DNA of 64,000 nucleotides from Elusimicrobia bacterium RIFCSPLOWO2_02_FULL_39_32 (GTDB taxonomy: Bacteria; Elusimicrobiota; Elusimicrobia; 2-02-FULL-39-32). The translations under genes and the position numbers were made by a program. The stretch lies in assembly GCA_001800135.1 (NCBI GenBank), contig MGUU01000011.1, forward strand, positions 8,842-72,841. Reading direction: 5' to 3'. How positions within the stretch are numbered: the first letter of the stretch is position 1; each line of letters begins with the position of its first letter. Under the pieces are notes generated by a model. The model was given only the letters and a program-made list of their open reading frames with translations. It had not been told where the DNA came from and made no database searches. Of this stretch, positions 20,493-30,734 are shown piece after piece.

Positions 20493-21230
20493 GAATGAAT
20501 TGCAGGTAGAATCCAGAGTAAGCGGGGTTACAGAAACAAAATGAGATTTTATCGCCTCAATATCCGTGCCTTTTTCCGGAATGCCTTTGGGCACATCTCC
20601 AGCTAACCAATAATAAGGATTTCCTCTCGGATCAATTCCAGAAGGAATTGCTTTTCCATAGACTCTCCTGCCTAATGAAGTAACCTTTAAAGATGAGTTG
20701 TGATTTAAGTTTGGAGGCACATTGACATTTAAAAACACTCTTGCTGGCAGCTTGTTCTTTAAAACTTTTTTTGCAATTTTATAGGCAATTTTAGCTGCCA
20801 TTAAAAAAGAAGGCTTAGAGTCTTTAGTGACTGAAATGGCAAAAGCAGGCACTCCTAACATGGCTCCCTGTCTTGCCACTGCCACAGTTCCAGAATAAAT
20901 GGTATCTTCCCCTAGGTTTGGTCCATTATTAATTCCGCCAATGACAAGATCTACTTTTTTATCTTTTAAGACCTGATGAATCCCAAATTTTACGCAATCA
21001 GATGGGGTTCCATTCGCTACATAAACATAAATCAGATCTTTAACGCCTAACTCTATGGGCATTCTCTGAACACGAAAAGGCTTATGCAAAGTAATGGAAT
21101 GACTCGCTGCAGAACGTTCACTATCCGGCACCACCACAATTACCTCTCCTAAGGGACGGATAGCTTTAATTAAAGTGTTTAAGCCAATCCCATAAATTCC
21201 ATCGTCATTTGAAATCAAAATTCTAGACAT
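20463..21230 (-). CDS. surE: 5'/3'-nucleotidase SurE
   Basis: N-terminal ILISNDDGIYGIG. Confidence 0.9.
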   Translation of the reverse strand: MSRILISNDDGIYGIGLNTLIKAIRPLGEVIVVVPDSERSAASHSITLHKPFRVQRMPIELGVKDLIYVYVANGTPSDCVKFGIHQVLKDKKVDLVIGGINNGPNLGEDTIYSGTVAVARQGAMLGVPAFAISVTKDSKPSFLMAAKIAYKIAKKVLKNKLPARVFLNVNVPPNLNHNSSLKVTSLGRRVYGKAIPSGIDPRGNPYYWLAGDVPKGIPEKGTDIEAIKSHFVSVTPLTLDSTCNSFLPELNSWKF

Positions 21231-21819
21231 AGTTTTTTAGAATTTCCTTTATTTTCATAAGAGCTATGGCCCGATGGCTTATTTTATTTTTTTCTTCCAG
21301 GGTGAGTTCAGCTAAAGTTTTTCCAAGTTTTGGAATATAAAAAATTGGATCATAACCAAAACCATGGTTCCCTTGAATCGTCTCTAAAATTTGGCCGGCA
21401 ATGGATCCTTCCACCATTTGTGTGCGTCCGGTTTCAGGGTTATGACAAGCGATAATAGAACGAAAACGCGCCTCCCTATCCCTGCCTTTTTTACCAGATA
21501 ATTTTTCAATTAATTTTTTGTTATTCTCCTCATAAGAACAGTTTTCACCCGCATAGCGCGCAGAAAAGACCCCGGGTTCTCCATTTAAAGAAAGGACTTC
21601 CAAACCAGTATCGTCCGCTAAAGTTAAAAGACCAGTTTTTTTTGCGTAAAATTTAGCTTTTTTTTCCGCATTTTCTTCTAAGGTATTATGGTTTTCCTCT
21701 ACTGGCGTAAGTTCTGGAAAATCCTTTAGAGTCTTTATCTCAAAAGAACATTCTAAAAGCAAATGAGAAATTTCATCTATTTTATGAGGGTTATGAGTGC
21801 CTAAAACAATTGGTTTCAA
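21223..21819 (-). CDS. rdgB: dITP/XTP pyrophosphatase (RdgB/Ham1)
   Basis: LGTHNPHK..E, C-terminal FGYDPIF. Confidence 0.9.
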   Translation of the reverse strand: MKPIVLGTHNPHKIDEISHLLLECSFEIKTLKDFPELTPVEENHNTLEENAEKKAKFYAKKTGLLTLADDTGLEVLSLNGEPGVFSARYAGENCSYEENNKKLIEKLSGKKGRDREARFRSIIACHNPETGRTQMVEGSIAGQILETIQGNHGFGYDPIFYIPKLGKTLAELTLEEKNKISHRAIALMKIKEILKNYV

Positions 21820-21820
21820 T

Positions 21821-24097
21821 TTAATAATTTTGTTTTTGCTTTAAAAGATTAAGAGCAGATCCAGCTTTAAACCATTCAATCTGTTCTTCTGTTAAACTAT
21901 GTTTTAACTGAATTTTCACTGTGGAGCCATTCGCATGATGGATCACTGCGCTGATCTCTTTTTGAGGCGCTAAATTTTTAAGACCAAGAATACTGATGCG
22001 GTCCTGTTCTTCAATTTGATCGTAATCTATAGGATTGACAAAAGTTAAAGCTAAAACCCCCTGTTTTTTTAAATTAGTCTCATGAATACGGGCAAAACTG
22101 CGCGCAATGATGGCTGCAGCTCCTAAATAGCGCGGAGACATCGCTGCATGTTCACGGCTCGATCCTTCTCCATAATTTTCATCTCCAATCGCTACCCACC
22201 TTAATCCTTTTGTTTTATAAGCACGGGCAATTTTTGGCAACTCTACCTCTTTTTCTCCTGTAAACGCGTTCGTGCCTTTGCCAGCCTGTTTGCTAAATGC
22301 ATTGACAGCTCCTAAAAAAAGGTTATCGCTAATTTTATCTAAATGTCCTCTATATTTAAGCCACGGGCCTGCTTGAGAAATATGATCTGTAGTGCATTTG
22401 CCTTTAGCTTTTAAAAGAATGGGAAGTTCAATCCAATCTTTCCCATCCCATTGAGAAAAAGGATCTAAAAGTTGCAACCGCTCACTTTTAGGATTTACTT
22501 CAATCTGGATTGATTCTCCATTCTCTGCTGGAGCGATATACCCTTCCATAGGAGAAATAAAACCTCTTTGAGGTAGATCCTCTGCTTTTTTGGGAGGGGC
22601 CAACTTTACTTTTCTTCCATCTTGACCTTCAAGAAAATCAGTCAGCGGATTAAAACTTAATCGCCCGCTCAAACCCAGCGCTACTACCAACTCAGGACTG
22701 CCAATAAAAGACATGGTCTCAGAATTTCCATCGTTTCTTTTTGGAAAATTCCGATTAAAAGATGTGACGATAGAATTCCTTTCTCCTGATTTAATATCAT
22801 CTCTTTTCCATTGGCCAATACATGGGCCGCACGCATTTGCTAAAACATTCCCGCCGACTTCTTCTAAAGCCTTTACCTGTCCATCCCGTTTAACAGTTTC
22901 AAAAATCTGATCTGAACCCGGAGTAACTAAAAACTGCACTGCCATTTTAATCCCATGAGACTTTGCCTGCAAAGCTATATCTGCTGCGCGGCTTAAATCC
23001 TCATAGGAAGAATTAGTACAGCTGCCAATAAGAGCAGCGGAAATTTTTTCAGGATAATTTTTCTCTTTAACTTCTTTGGCAAAACAAGAGATGGGTCTGG
23101 CTAAATCCGGCGTGTGCGGTCCAACAATGTGCGGCTCTAATTCAGAAAGATTAATCTCAACAACCTTTTCATAATATTTTTCTGGACTCTCTTCCACTTC
23201 TTTATCAGCTCTAAGCAATTCCTTTTTTTCTTCTGCGCAATCCGCAATTTCAGATCGTTTGGTAGCCCTTAAATAACCAGCCATACGCTCATCATATGGA
23301 AATAGTGAGGTTGTAGCGCCCAGTTCCGCGCCCATATTAGTAATGGTGGCTTTGCCTGTACAACTTATGGAATAGGTTCCAGGTCCAAAATATTCAATAA
23401 TCTTGTTTGTCCCGCCTTTTGTAGTAAGAAGCCCGCAAAGAACAAGAATCACATCTTTAGGAGAAGCCCAGCCTTTTAATTCTCCTGTAAGTTTTACTCC
23501 AATGAGTGTTGGATGTTTTACCTCCCAAGGAATGCCAGCCATCACATCTACCGCATCTGCTCCACCCACGCCCACTGCAATCATCCCCAGACCGCCGGCA
23601 TTGGGTGTGTGGGAATCAGTTCCAATCATAAGTCCGCCAGGAAAAGCATAATTTTCCAAAACCACCTGATGAATAATACCAGCTCCCGGCTGCCAAAAAC
23701 CAATGCCATATTTATTAGAAGCGGATCTTAAAAAATCATACACCTCCTTATTTTCTTTTATTGCAGTTTGCATATCCTTCTGGGCGCCCACATAAGCGCG
23801 AATTAGGTGGTCACAATGCACTGTGGTAGGAACACTCACTCTCTTTATATGGCTTTGAGCGAATTGTAAAAGAGCCATCTGGGCAGTGGCATCCTGCATG
23901 GCGATCCTGTCCGGCCTTAAACTTAAAATTCCTTCTCCTGGTTTAAATCTTTGAGATTTAGGATTATCTAAATGGGAAAAAAGATTTTTTTCCGCTAAAG
24001 TCAGGGCTCTTTTTAAACGATTGCGCACAATGGAAAGATTCCTCTCCATTTGAGAATAAATTCTTTCAATGTTGTTCCGATCAAGCTCTATCTTCAT
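21821..24097 (-). CDS. acn: aconitate hydratase (mitochondrial-type, ~760 aa)
   Basis: Aconitase catalytic domains (RPDRIAMQDATAQMA, GTDSHTPNAGGLG, CTNSSYEDL, swivel SRNFP.R). Confidence 0.9.
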   Translation of the reverse strand: MKIELDRNNIERIYSQMERNLSIVRNRLKRALTLAEKNLFSHLDNPKSQRFKPGEGILSLRPDRIAMQDATAQMALLQFAQSHIKRVSVPTTVHCDHLIRAYVGAQKDMQTAIKENKEVYDFLRSASNKYGIGFWQPGAGIIHQVVLENYAFPGGLMIGTDSHTPNAGGLGMIAVGVGGADAVDVMAGIPWEVKHPTLIGVKLTGELKGWASPKDVILVLCGLLTTKGGTNKIIEYFGPGTYSISCTGKATITNMGAELGATTSLFPYDERMAGYLRATKRSEIADCAEEKKELLRADKEVEESPEKYYEKVVEINLSELEPHIVGPHTPDLARPISCFAKEVKEKNYPEKISAALIGSCTNSSYEDLSRAADIALQAKSHGIKMAVQFLVTPGSDQIFETVKRDGQVKALEEVGGNVLANACGPCIGQWKRDDIKSGERNSIVTSFNRNFPKRNDGNSETMSFIGSPELVVALGLSGRLSFNPLTDFLEGQDGRKVKLAPPKKAEDLPQRGFISPMEGYIAPAENGESIQIEVNPKSERLQLLDPFSQWDGKDWIELPILLKAKGKCTTDHISQAGPWLKYRGHLDKISDNLFLGAVNAFSKQAGKGTNAFTGEKEVELPKIARAYKTKGLRWVAIGDENYGEGSSREHAAMSPRYLGAAAIIARSFARIHETNLKKQGVLALTFVNPIDYDQIEEQDRISILGLKNLAPQKEISAVIHHANGSTVKIQLKHSLTEEQIEWFKAGSALNLLKQKQNY

Positions 24098-24284
24098 CTT
24101 TTAGCTTGCTCCCCCCCTCCCTAACATGAAAATGCCAAATAAGTTTAACACACAAACCAAACTTTCTCAAGGGTCTTAAAAATTCTTACAGACAATCTAA
24201 ATAATTTCTTGAAAAACTTATTAAAAATTATATCAATTTAAGCAGATTGACTTGAAGAGTAAAGAATCTTATAATTTTAAAATT

Positions 24285-24755
24285 ATGGGAACAGAAACAT
24301 ATTTAAGCAGAGAAGGGTATGAAAAACTTAGGAAAGATATGGAGAATCTCCAGGAAGAAAAACGCCATCTTTCCCACATGATTGGGGAAGCTAGAGAGCA
24401 GGGAGATTTAAAAGAAAATGCTGGTTACCAATATGCTCGGGAAAAACAGGCGGAAGTGATGCGGAGAATCATGGAGTTGCAACAAAAGCTAAGCAATGTG
24501 CGCCTGATTGAAGAGACTAAAATCGCAAAGGATGAGGTGCGCATTGGAGCAAAGGTTACCTTACAAACCATTCCCTCTAAAGATGAATTCTCTTATATGT
24601 TTGTAGGCCAAGAAGAGTCTGATCCTTCTCAAGGGAAACTTTCTGTTCACTCGCCCCTAGGAGAAGGGCTTCTAGGACACAAAGTTGGAGAAACAGTTTC
24701 AGTACAGTTGCCAGCTGGCAAAAAAGAATTTAAAATCATTAAAATAGAAAGATAA
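24285..24755 (+). CDS. greA: transcription elongation factor GreA
   Basis: YLSREGYEKLR...EL...R..I...I..ARE.GDLKENA.Y.AA..Q. ATG at 24285 gives the typical ~156 aa; the track start at 24252 is a TTG. Confidence 0.85.
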   Translation: MGTETYLSREGYEKLRKDMENLQEEKRHLSHMIGEAREQGDLKENAGYQYAREKQAEVMRRIMELQQKLSNVRLIEETKIAKDEVRIGAKVTLQTIPSKDEFSYMFVGQEESDPSQGKLSVHSPLGEGLLGHKVGETVSVQLPAGKKEFKIIKIER

Positions 24756-24811
24756 GCATTCAAGAAGTAAACGTCCTTGCGAGAAGTTGCACACAAGGAG
24801 AGGATATGAGA

Positions 24812-25516
24812 TTATAAAGCAAATTTCAGCCTCCATACTATCCAAAGAGCTTCCCAAACCACTCGTCTTGAAATTTTAGATTGTCCTCGGGTACGATCCT
24901 TAAAAGTAATGGGTATTTCTTTTACCTTAAATCCATTTTGAATCGCTTTATAGGTTGTTTCAATCTGAAAAGCATAACCATCAGAAAGTATCTTTTCTAA
25001 ATTAAAGGATTCTATTACCTTTTTTTTAAAAACTTTGAAACCAGTAGTAAAATCCTGAATCTCCATGCCTAAAACAGTGCGCGCATAAAAACTACCAAAT
25101 GAGCTTACCCACAACCTAACCCACGGCCAATTCTGTATGGTTCCTCCATCCACATAGCGTGAACCCAAAGCAAAATCGCACATGGGCATTGCGTCTAATA
25201 ACTTATTTAAGTCAGAAGGATCATGAGAAAAATCTGAATCCATCTGAATAATAATTTCATAATTTTTCTCTAAAGCCCACTTAAATCCCGCAACATAAGC
25301 AGAACCCAATCCCATTTTGTGAGGGCGGTGCAGTACAAAAATAGAAGGGTGCTCTTTAGCCATCTGCTCTACAATAAAACCTGTATTGTCCGGGGAGTTA
25401 TCATCAATCACTAACACGTCAGCCTTAACTCTAGATAAAAGTTGGGAAATAAAAAGAATAATATTATCTTTCTCATTATAGGTCGGCAAAATAATTAGAT
25501 TTCGATTAGATATCAT
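24812..25516 (-). CDS. GT2 glycosyltransferase, polyprenol-phosphate mannose/glucose synthase-like (Dpm1-like)
   Basis: IILPTYNE..NI, VIDDNSPD.T, DSD DXD motif. ATG at 25516; the track start at 25537 is a TTG. Confidence 0.8.
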   Translation of the reverse strand: MISNRNLIILPTYNEKDNIILFISQLLSRVKADVLVIDDNSPDNTGFIVEQMAKEHPSIFVLHRPHKMGLGSAYVAGFKWALEKNYEIIIQMDSDFSHDPSDLNKLLDAMPMCDFALGSRYVDGGTIQNWPWVRLWVSSFGSFYARTVLGMEIQDFTTGFKVFKKKVIESFNLEKILSDGYAFQIETTYKAIQNGFKVKEIPITFKDRTRGQSKISRRVVWEALWIVWRLKFAL

Positions 25517-26942
25517 AAAATTCAATCTGAAACGCAATAAAAAGCGCCATAAGAATAAAATAAGCTGCTACGGAAAATAACATTGAATAAGAAACTATTT
25601 TTTTTGGTTTAAGAAAAAAACAAACCTTTGGCAAATAAAAATGATTTAAAATCAAAACAGCCGCAGAAAAAATAACTGTTCCCACAAATCCAATCACTGC
25701 TGAAGTTATAATCAATGCTCCGGGTTGATTTAAGAATATTGTAATTGAAGTAATGGCTGTTGCAATCACTAGGAAAGAGTAATACCAAAATCTGGGAGTG
25801 CGGATTCTTGCTCTAGGAAAAAGCCCATAAACAATATCTGTATTCACTCTGGAGACCGCATCCGCTGTTGCCAGCCATGTATCTGAAAGAAAAGCTGCGG
25901 ATATCATAAGAAAAAGGATTCGGCCAAAGCTTCCCCATGAGATTTCAAAAAATTTTGCCTGAACCACAGCTATTTCCCACTCTTTTGGCAAAATATTCTC
26001 TGGAAAAAGAAGCGCGTAAGCTAATAAACAGGTAAAAAGAGTAGTGATTAAATTCCCAACGACTCCAATGCCGCAATCCACAAATAAAAAGGAAAGCCAT
26101 TGTTTTATATTGCGCCGGTTTTCTAAGGTGTCTTCAGGGATAAAACCAGTTTCTGGAATAACTTCCAGTTTACCAGTTATGGGACTGGTAATACGTCCAA
26201 AATAGCGGCTCATGCCTGTTCCTTTTTCTCTAAGCCAATAGGAATAAAAGAGCGTCCAAAAACCTCCTAACCCCGCAAAAGTGATGGCTGTTAAAAGTTT
26301 AGTCGCATCTTTAGTTTCCCAAATTCTATCCACAGGCCATTCTGGAATAAAAAGAGCTGAAGAAAATTCAGGAATCTTTTGTAAAACTTGCGGATGACTT
26401 ATGGAAAAGGTAAGTCCAAGCAAAGTAATGAATGCAACTAAAGTCATAAATTTTTCCACAATATTATAAACCACTTTGCTAAAAGTAAGCGCGCTAAAAA
26501 AAAGAATCATGGTGCAAAGTCCCCAAAATAGAGATTGTCCCCTGGGTGAGAAACTAGAAGGAAAATGAGTGAGAGCAGCGAGCGCTGTTCCTCCGGCAGA
26601 AGCAAAACCTCCAAACCATAAAAAAGAAAGGAGCATGAGCAGCCATAAAAAAAACGCAAAAAAACGGTTTAAACGGATAAACCCTTGCCAGATGGTTTCA
26701 CCGGTTAAAACTGTATAACGGCCTATTTCATAATTTAAAGGAAATTGCAAAAGACAGGCAGGAATTAATAAAAATAAAAATCCCAATCCATATTTAGCAA
26801 CAATATAAGGCCACCAGATAAGCTCTCCGCTCCCTTGAGCAAGAGCCATCCAAATAATTCCAGGACCTAAAGCTTTTATCCATCCAGAAAACTGTGGGAA
26901 TGGTTTTAAACTAAGCGGCTTAGTTAAACAGGATACTGCCAT
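25506..26942 (-). CDS. polytopic membrane transporter, NRAMP-related (divergent)
   Basis: About 11 TM segments. N-terminal LGPGIIWMALAQGSGEL resembles NRAMP TM1 (GPG...DPGN), but DPGN is replaced by QGSGE. Confidence 0.35.
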   Translation of the reverse strand: MAVSCLTKPLSLKPFPQFSGWIKALGPGIIWMALAQGSGELIWWPYIVAKYGLGFLFLLIPACLLQFPLNYEIGRYTVLTGETIWQGFIRLNRFFAFFLWLLMLLSFLWFGGFASAGGTALAALTHFPSSFSPRGQSLFWGLCTMILFFSALTFSKVVYNIVEKFMTLVAFITLLGLTFSISHPQVLQKIPEFSSALFIPEWPVDRIWETKDATKLLTAITFAGLGGFWTLFYSYWLREKGTGMSRYFGRITSPITGKLEVIPETGFIPEDTLENRRNIKQWLSFLFVDCGIGVVGNLITTLFTCLLAYALLFPENILPKEWEIAVVQAKFFEISWGSFGRILFLMISAAFLSDTWLATADAVSRVNTDIVYGLFPRARIRTPRFWYYSFLVIATAITSITIFLNQPGALIITSAVIGFVGTVIFSAAVLILNHFYLPKVCFFLKPKKIVSYSMLFSVAAYFILMALFIAFQIEFYDI

Positions 26943-29083
26943 TTACCGTGTTGTTTGATCAGTTCAATTAATTTTTGATCCGCAATCTCAAAATCTATGC
27001 CTTTTTCCACACATTCTTTACCCACATAAAGATTGATTTTACCCGGAGCTCCTCCTACATAACCAAAATCCGCGTCTGCCATTTCCCCGGGACCATTGAC
27101 AATGCAACCCATGATCGCGATTTTTACTCCCTTTAAATGGCCTGTTTTAGAACGAATTCTTTCTGTAGTAGTTTGTAAATCAAAAAGAGTTCTCCCGCAA
27201 GAAGGGCAAGAAACATATTCTGTTTTTGTAATACGCACACCGCTGGCTTGCAAAATATTATAAAGAAGTTCCAAATCCTGTTTGGGACTAAGGCCTGTTC
27301 CAGCTTGCACGCTATCCCCAATTCCATCGCAAAGCAAAGAGCCTAAAGCAATGGAAGAATGAATCCTATAGTCATCAAAGGCTTCATCTTTTATAGGCTG
27401 CACTTGCAAATGTAAGGGATAATCTTTATTTTTTTCTTTAAGTTTTGCAGCTAAATAACGGACATTTTGAATAAATTGTGAACGATCCGATAAACTAAAA
27501 CAAAGAATAAGATTTTCTAAACCCAGTTCTTCGCACCATTGAATTCCGTTCAGCATGTTATGAGCTGGAGTTAGATGGCCTGTTAGGGGAAGTTTTTGTG
27601 GATCATTGCAAAGAACAGCTTCTAACAAAATAGGAATATTTTTTTTCTTAAGTTTTTGAGCAAAATTAATAAATTTAGATTTTCTGGTTTGAGAATCATC
27701 TCCCAAACCATATTTAAAACTTGCGCATTCAACCAAATCCAAACCTCTTTCCAGACAATCTAAAGAATTCTCAAACCTTCCTAAAAAAGCAAGGCGATTG
27801 GTTTCCTCTGCAAGATGTTTTCTACAACTCTCTAATATTTCCAGATCCTGTTGGCTGCGAATCGTCCATTGGATAATTTCTGGAGAAACTGTTTTAGTGT
27901 TAGCCAACTGTTCTTCCAAGAGATGAATTAAACTTTCAGAAATTGAATGACCGCTTCTTTGTTCTAAATCTAAATAAGGAGAAAAATCTGAAATCACTCT
28001 TACTAAATTTTCTCCTCCTAAACGAAATGGGCCAATTTTAATGACCTTAGTTTTTCTCTTAGTATAATGATAAAGATTGTCCACATATAAAACAGGATGA
28101 GATAGCTTTAAAACACTATTCTGGTCGGGCCGTTTCTGATAAAAACTTGCGATTTGCATACAAACTGGAATTTCCAGTTCAGGTTCTTCTGTTAAAGAAA
28201 CTCGAATAGTATCTCCAATGCCATCTTCTAACAAGCTGCCAATGCCAATAGCAGATTTTATTCTTCCATCTTCCCCATCCCCTGCTTCTGTAACGCCTAA
28301 ATGAAATGGATAGCTCATGCCCAGCTCATGCATTCTGGCGCTGAGTAAGCGGTAAGCAGCAATCATCACTTTTGGATTTGAAGATTTCATGGAAAGGATA
28401 ATCTCGTAAAATCCATTTTTTTCACAAATTTGAACAAACTCAAGAGCAGATTGAACCATTCCCTCTGGCGTATCTCCATAACGATTCATGATTCGATCTG
28501 AAAGAGAACCATGATTTGTTCCGATCCTTAAAGACCTACCCAGTTTTTTAAGTTTTAATACTAAGGGAGTAAATCTTTCTTCTATTCGAGACAATTCTTT
28601 AAGATATTCTTCATCCGTATATTCTTTTACTTTAAAAATTTTAGAATCCACATAATTGCCTGGATTAATCCTTACTTTTTCCACATGTTCTGCTGCTTCC
28701 ATAGCAGCAGCAGGTAAAAAATGAATATCCGCAACCAAAGGAACTTTTATTCCTTTTTCCAATAACTGTTTTTTTATATTTTTTAGATTTTTTGCGTCAT
28801 CTACCGTTGGGGCAGTAATTCGCACAATCTCACACCCTGCTTTTACCAAACGGATAGATTGCGCCACAGTAGCTTCTGTATCTAAGGTGCGCGTGGTGGT
28901 CATGGATTGAAGACGAATGGGATTAGAGCCCCCCACACCCACATCTCCTACTTTAACTTCTCTGGTTTTTCTACGATGATAAGAATAGAAATCTTTAGAG
29001 TGGATTAGGCCCGAATCCTGAAAAATTAAGGATTCTTTATAATTTTCAACTTCTGGAAGAGGCATATAAATATTATTATACAT
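26924..29083 (-). CDS. ispG: 4-hydroxy-3-methylbut-2-enyl diphosphate synthase, long form with inserted domain
   Basis: RRKTR.V.VG.V.VGG..PI.LQSMT TIM-barrel N-terminus and a C-terminal 4Fe-4S cysteine cluster (CPSCGRT...GCIVNGPGE). 719 aa, like the plant/chlamydial long type. Confidence 0.9.
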   Translation of the reverse strand: MYNNIYMPLPEVENYKESLIFQDSGLIHSKDFYSYHRRKTREVKVGDVGVGGSNPIRLQSMTTTRTLDTEATVAQSIRLVKAGCEIVRITAPTVDDAKNLKNIKKQLLEKGIKVPLVADIHFLPAAAMEAAEHVEKVRINPGNYVDSKIFKVKEYTDEEYLKELSRIEERFTPLVLKLKKLGRSLRIGTNHGSLSDRIMNRYGDTPEGMVQSALEFVQICEKNGFYEIILSMKSSNPKVMIAAYRLLSARMHELGMSYPFHLGVTEAGDGEDGRIKSAIGIGSLLEDGIGDTIRVSLTEEPELEIPVCMQIASFYQKRPDQNSVLKLSHPVLYVDNLYHYTKRKTKVIKIGPFRLGGENLVRVISDFSPYLDLEQRSGHSISESLIHLLEEQLANTKTVSPEIIQWTIRSQQDLEILESCRKHLAEETNRLAFLGRFENSLDCLERGLDLVECASFKYGLGDDSQTRKSKFINFAQKLKKKNIPILLEAVLCNDPQKLPLTGHLTPAHNMLNGIQWCEELGLENLILCFSLSDRSQFIQNVRYLAAKLKEKNKDYPLHLQVQPIKDEAFDDYRIHSSIALGSLLCDGIGDSVQAGTGLSPKQDLELLYNILQASGVRITKTEYVSCPSCGRTLFDLQTTTERIRSKTGHLKGVKIAIMGCIVNGPGEMADADFGYVGGAPGKINLYVGKECVEKGIDFEIADQKLIELIKQHGKWQYPV

Positions 29084-29139
29084 GAATCCTACTATGGTTT
29101 AAAATCTGTAGGTAACAGATTAGAATTCAAAAAAGTGGA

Positions 29140-29742
29140 TTACTTTTGTGATTGGCTTTTTTCTGAGATGGATTTAGCTATTCTTTTAACTGCCTTATTC
29201 AGACGATCTTCAGCCGTAGGAGAGGTCATGGCTAAAACAACTCCTAATGGCCAAAAAAAACTAATAGGCCATTTAATCGGATGCCATCCTAAGGTATAGG
29301 TTGCGGTCCAATCCACTGTGGCAGTGTCAGTGCGAACCATGCGGGCAGTGACTGTGGCTTTTGCAGGCGGGAAAATAAGAAAATTTCTTTGTTTATATTC
29401 TGTTACTGCGCCAATAACCAGCGCGTTAGCTCCCAAAAGTTTCCCAAGGTTAGAGGCAGTTTCAGCATCTATAGCTCCAGTAACTCCAAGATTTTGTTCT
29501 TTAACAATCTGTTCTAAAGCGCCCCGTTCTATTATTTCATAAGCAGGCACTTGTAAAAGGTAGGTGGTCATAGCTTCCATGGCGGATCCTCCGCTTCCCG
29601 GAGCTCCTGGCGCATCTTTAAATGGCAACACTGCTACTCGAATTTTTTCTCCTGGTTGAGGGCTATGTTTAATAATAATTTGCGGCTTGGTACAGGCTGT
29701 AAAAAAAGAAAATGTCAGCAGTAATATAAATATTTTTTTCAT
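29140..29742 (-). CDS. lipoprotein, CsgG/LpoB-like fold
   Basis: Lipobox FFTAC. RVAVLPF...G....E.M....L.....Y.I.ER..L..I..EQ.L.......A...GKLLGA..LV.G.VTEY resembles the CsgG-family N-domain. Confidence 0.45.
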   Translation of the reverse strand: MKKIFILLLTFSFFTACTKPQIIIKHSPQPGEKIRVAVLPFKDAPGAPGSGGSAMEAMTTYLLQVPAYEIIERGALEQIVKEQNLGVTGAIDAETASNLGKLLGANALVIGAVTEYKQRNFLIFPPAKATVTARMVRTDTATVDWTATYTLGWHPIKWPISFFWPLGVVLAMTSPTAEDRLNKAVKRIAKSISEKSQSQK

Positions 29743-29762
29743 GTTAGGTTAGATTGTACTAC

Positions 29763-30707
29763 TTATAATTTTGTCATATCAAACAACTTTGTAGCTTGAG
29801 CTCCAAGAAAACCTTCAAAACGTTCCATTTTTTCTGTAACGGGATTTTTAAAAAATGGTCTTTCTGCTATTTCAAAATAAGCATAGCTCCAAGGAAGTGC
29901 GACTATTTTTGAACCTTCTCTTACTTTTGCATCAATCACTACAGACTCTGTAGAACTCTGACGCAGTTTTGTGCCTCTTTCTCCTTCAATTTCCTTTTTC
30001 ATTGGGATGCCGCAATTCCTCATCTCTGCTACAACCTTCTCAATATCATCTAGCGCAGGGACTTCATGAGAATTTACTAAAGCTGTAAAATGATTGACAT
30101 CATAGCCATTAACTAAAACCCAAGCCCCATATTGTGTTTCCTGATTCAAGGTTAAAACCTGCTCTTTATTTGGCAAACCCCAAGGGAGCTTTTCAAAATA
30201 TTTAGAACATAATCTTAAAAGCCTTTTTCTTTCTTCGTCAGATATCTGGATAAGATGAGCCAATGCTCTGATATTTTCATCGCTAAAAATTCTGTCATGA
30301 TTTTTTAAAACCTTCTGAATTATTTTCTGGGATGGCAATGAAAGTTCCCAACTTTTTAACTCTGTTATGAACAGTTTAGGAAACTCAAGATTCGCATGTT
30401 CAAAATGAATAGAACTTAAACTTTTATCTGGGAATTCATAACAAGCTATTGGGCGGTATCCTAAAGCCTCAAAAATTCTAGAGATACAAAAAATTCCCAG
30501 AGCTGGCTTTTCTAAAGCGATGGTTCTAAAAGCGATATGATCATTTCTGAATTTTGCTCCATATTTAAGTATCATCTCTTCATACTTGCGCACATATTCC
30601 ATTCTCCCCCTATACCGCTGCCAGAGAGTATCAAAAAGATCAATCAAAAATTTTTCTTTTTGATCCTGCACCTGAATGGAACAATGAGGGGCATGCAAAG
30701 CTGTCAT
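29763..30707 (-). CDS. DUF1338-like (YdcJ/HglS-type VOC-fold) protein; possible 2-oxoadipate dioxygenase/decarboxylase
   Basis: Motif recall only (NDHIAFRT...). The genomic context is an ALDH and a saccharopine-DH-like gene. Confidence 0.35.
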   Translation of the reverse strand: MTALHAPHCSIQVQDQKEKFLIDLFDTLWQRYRGRMEYVRKYEEMILKYGAKFRNDHIAFRTIALEKPALGIFCISRIFEALGYRPIACYEFPDKSLSSIHFEHANLEFPKLFITELKSWELSLPSQKIIQKVLKNHDRIFSDENIRALAHLIQISDEERKRLLRLCSKYFEKLPWGLPNKEQVLTLNQETQYGAWVLVNGYDVNHFTALVNSHEVPALDDIEKVVAEMRNCGIPMKKEIEGERGTKLRQSSTESVVIDAKVREGSKIVALPWSYAYFEIAERPFFKNPVTEKMERFEGFLGAQATKLFDMTKL

Positions 30708-30734
30708 GTTTCCTCTCCTTTCAATTATTTTTTC

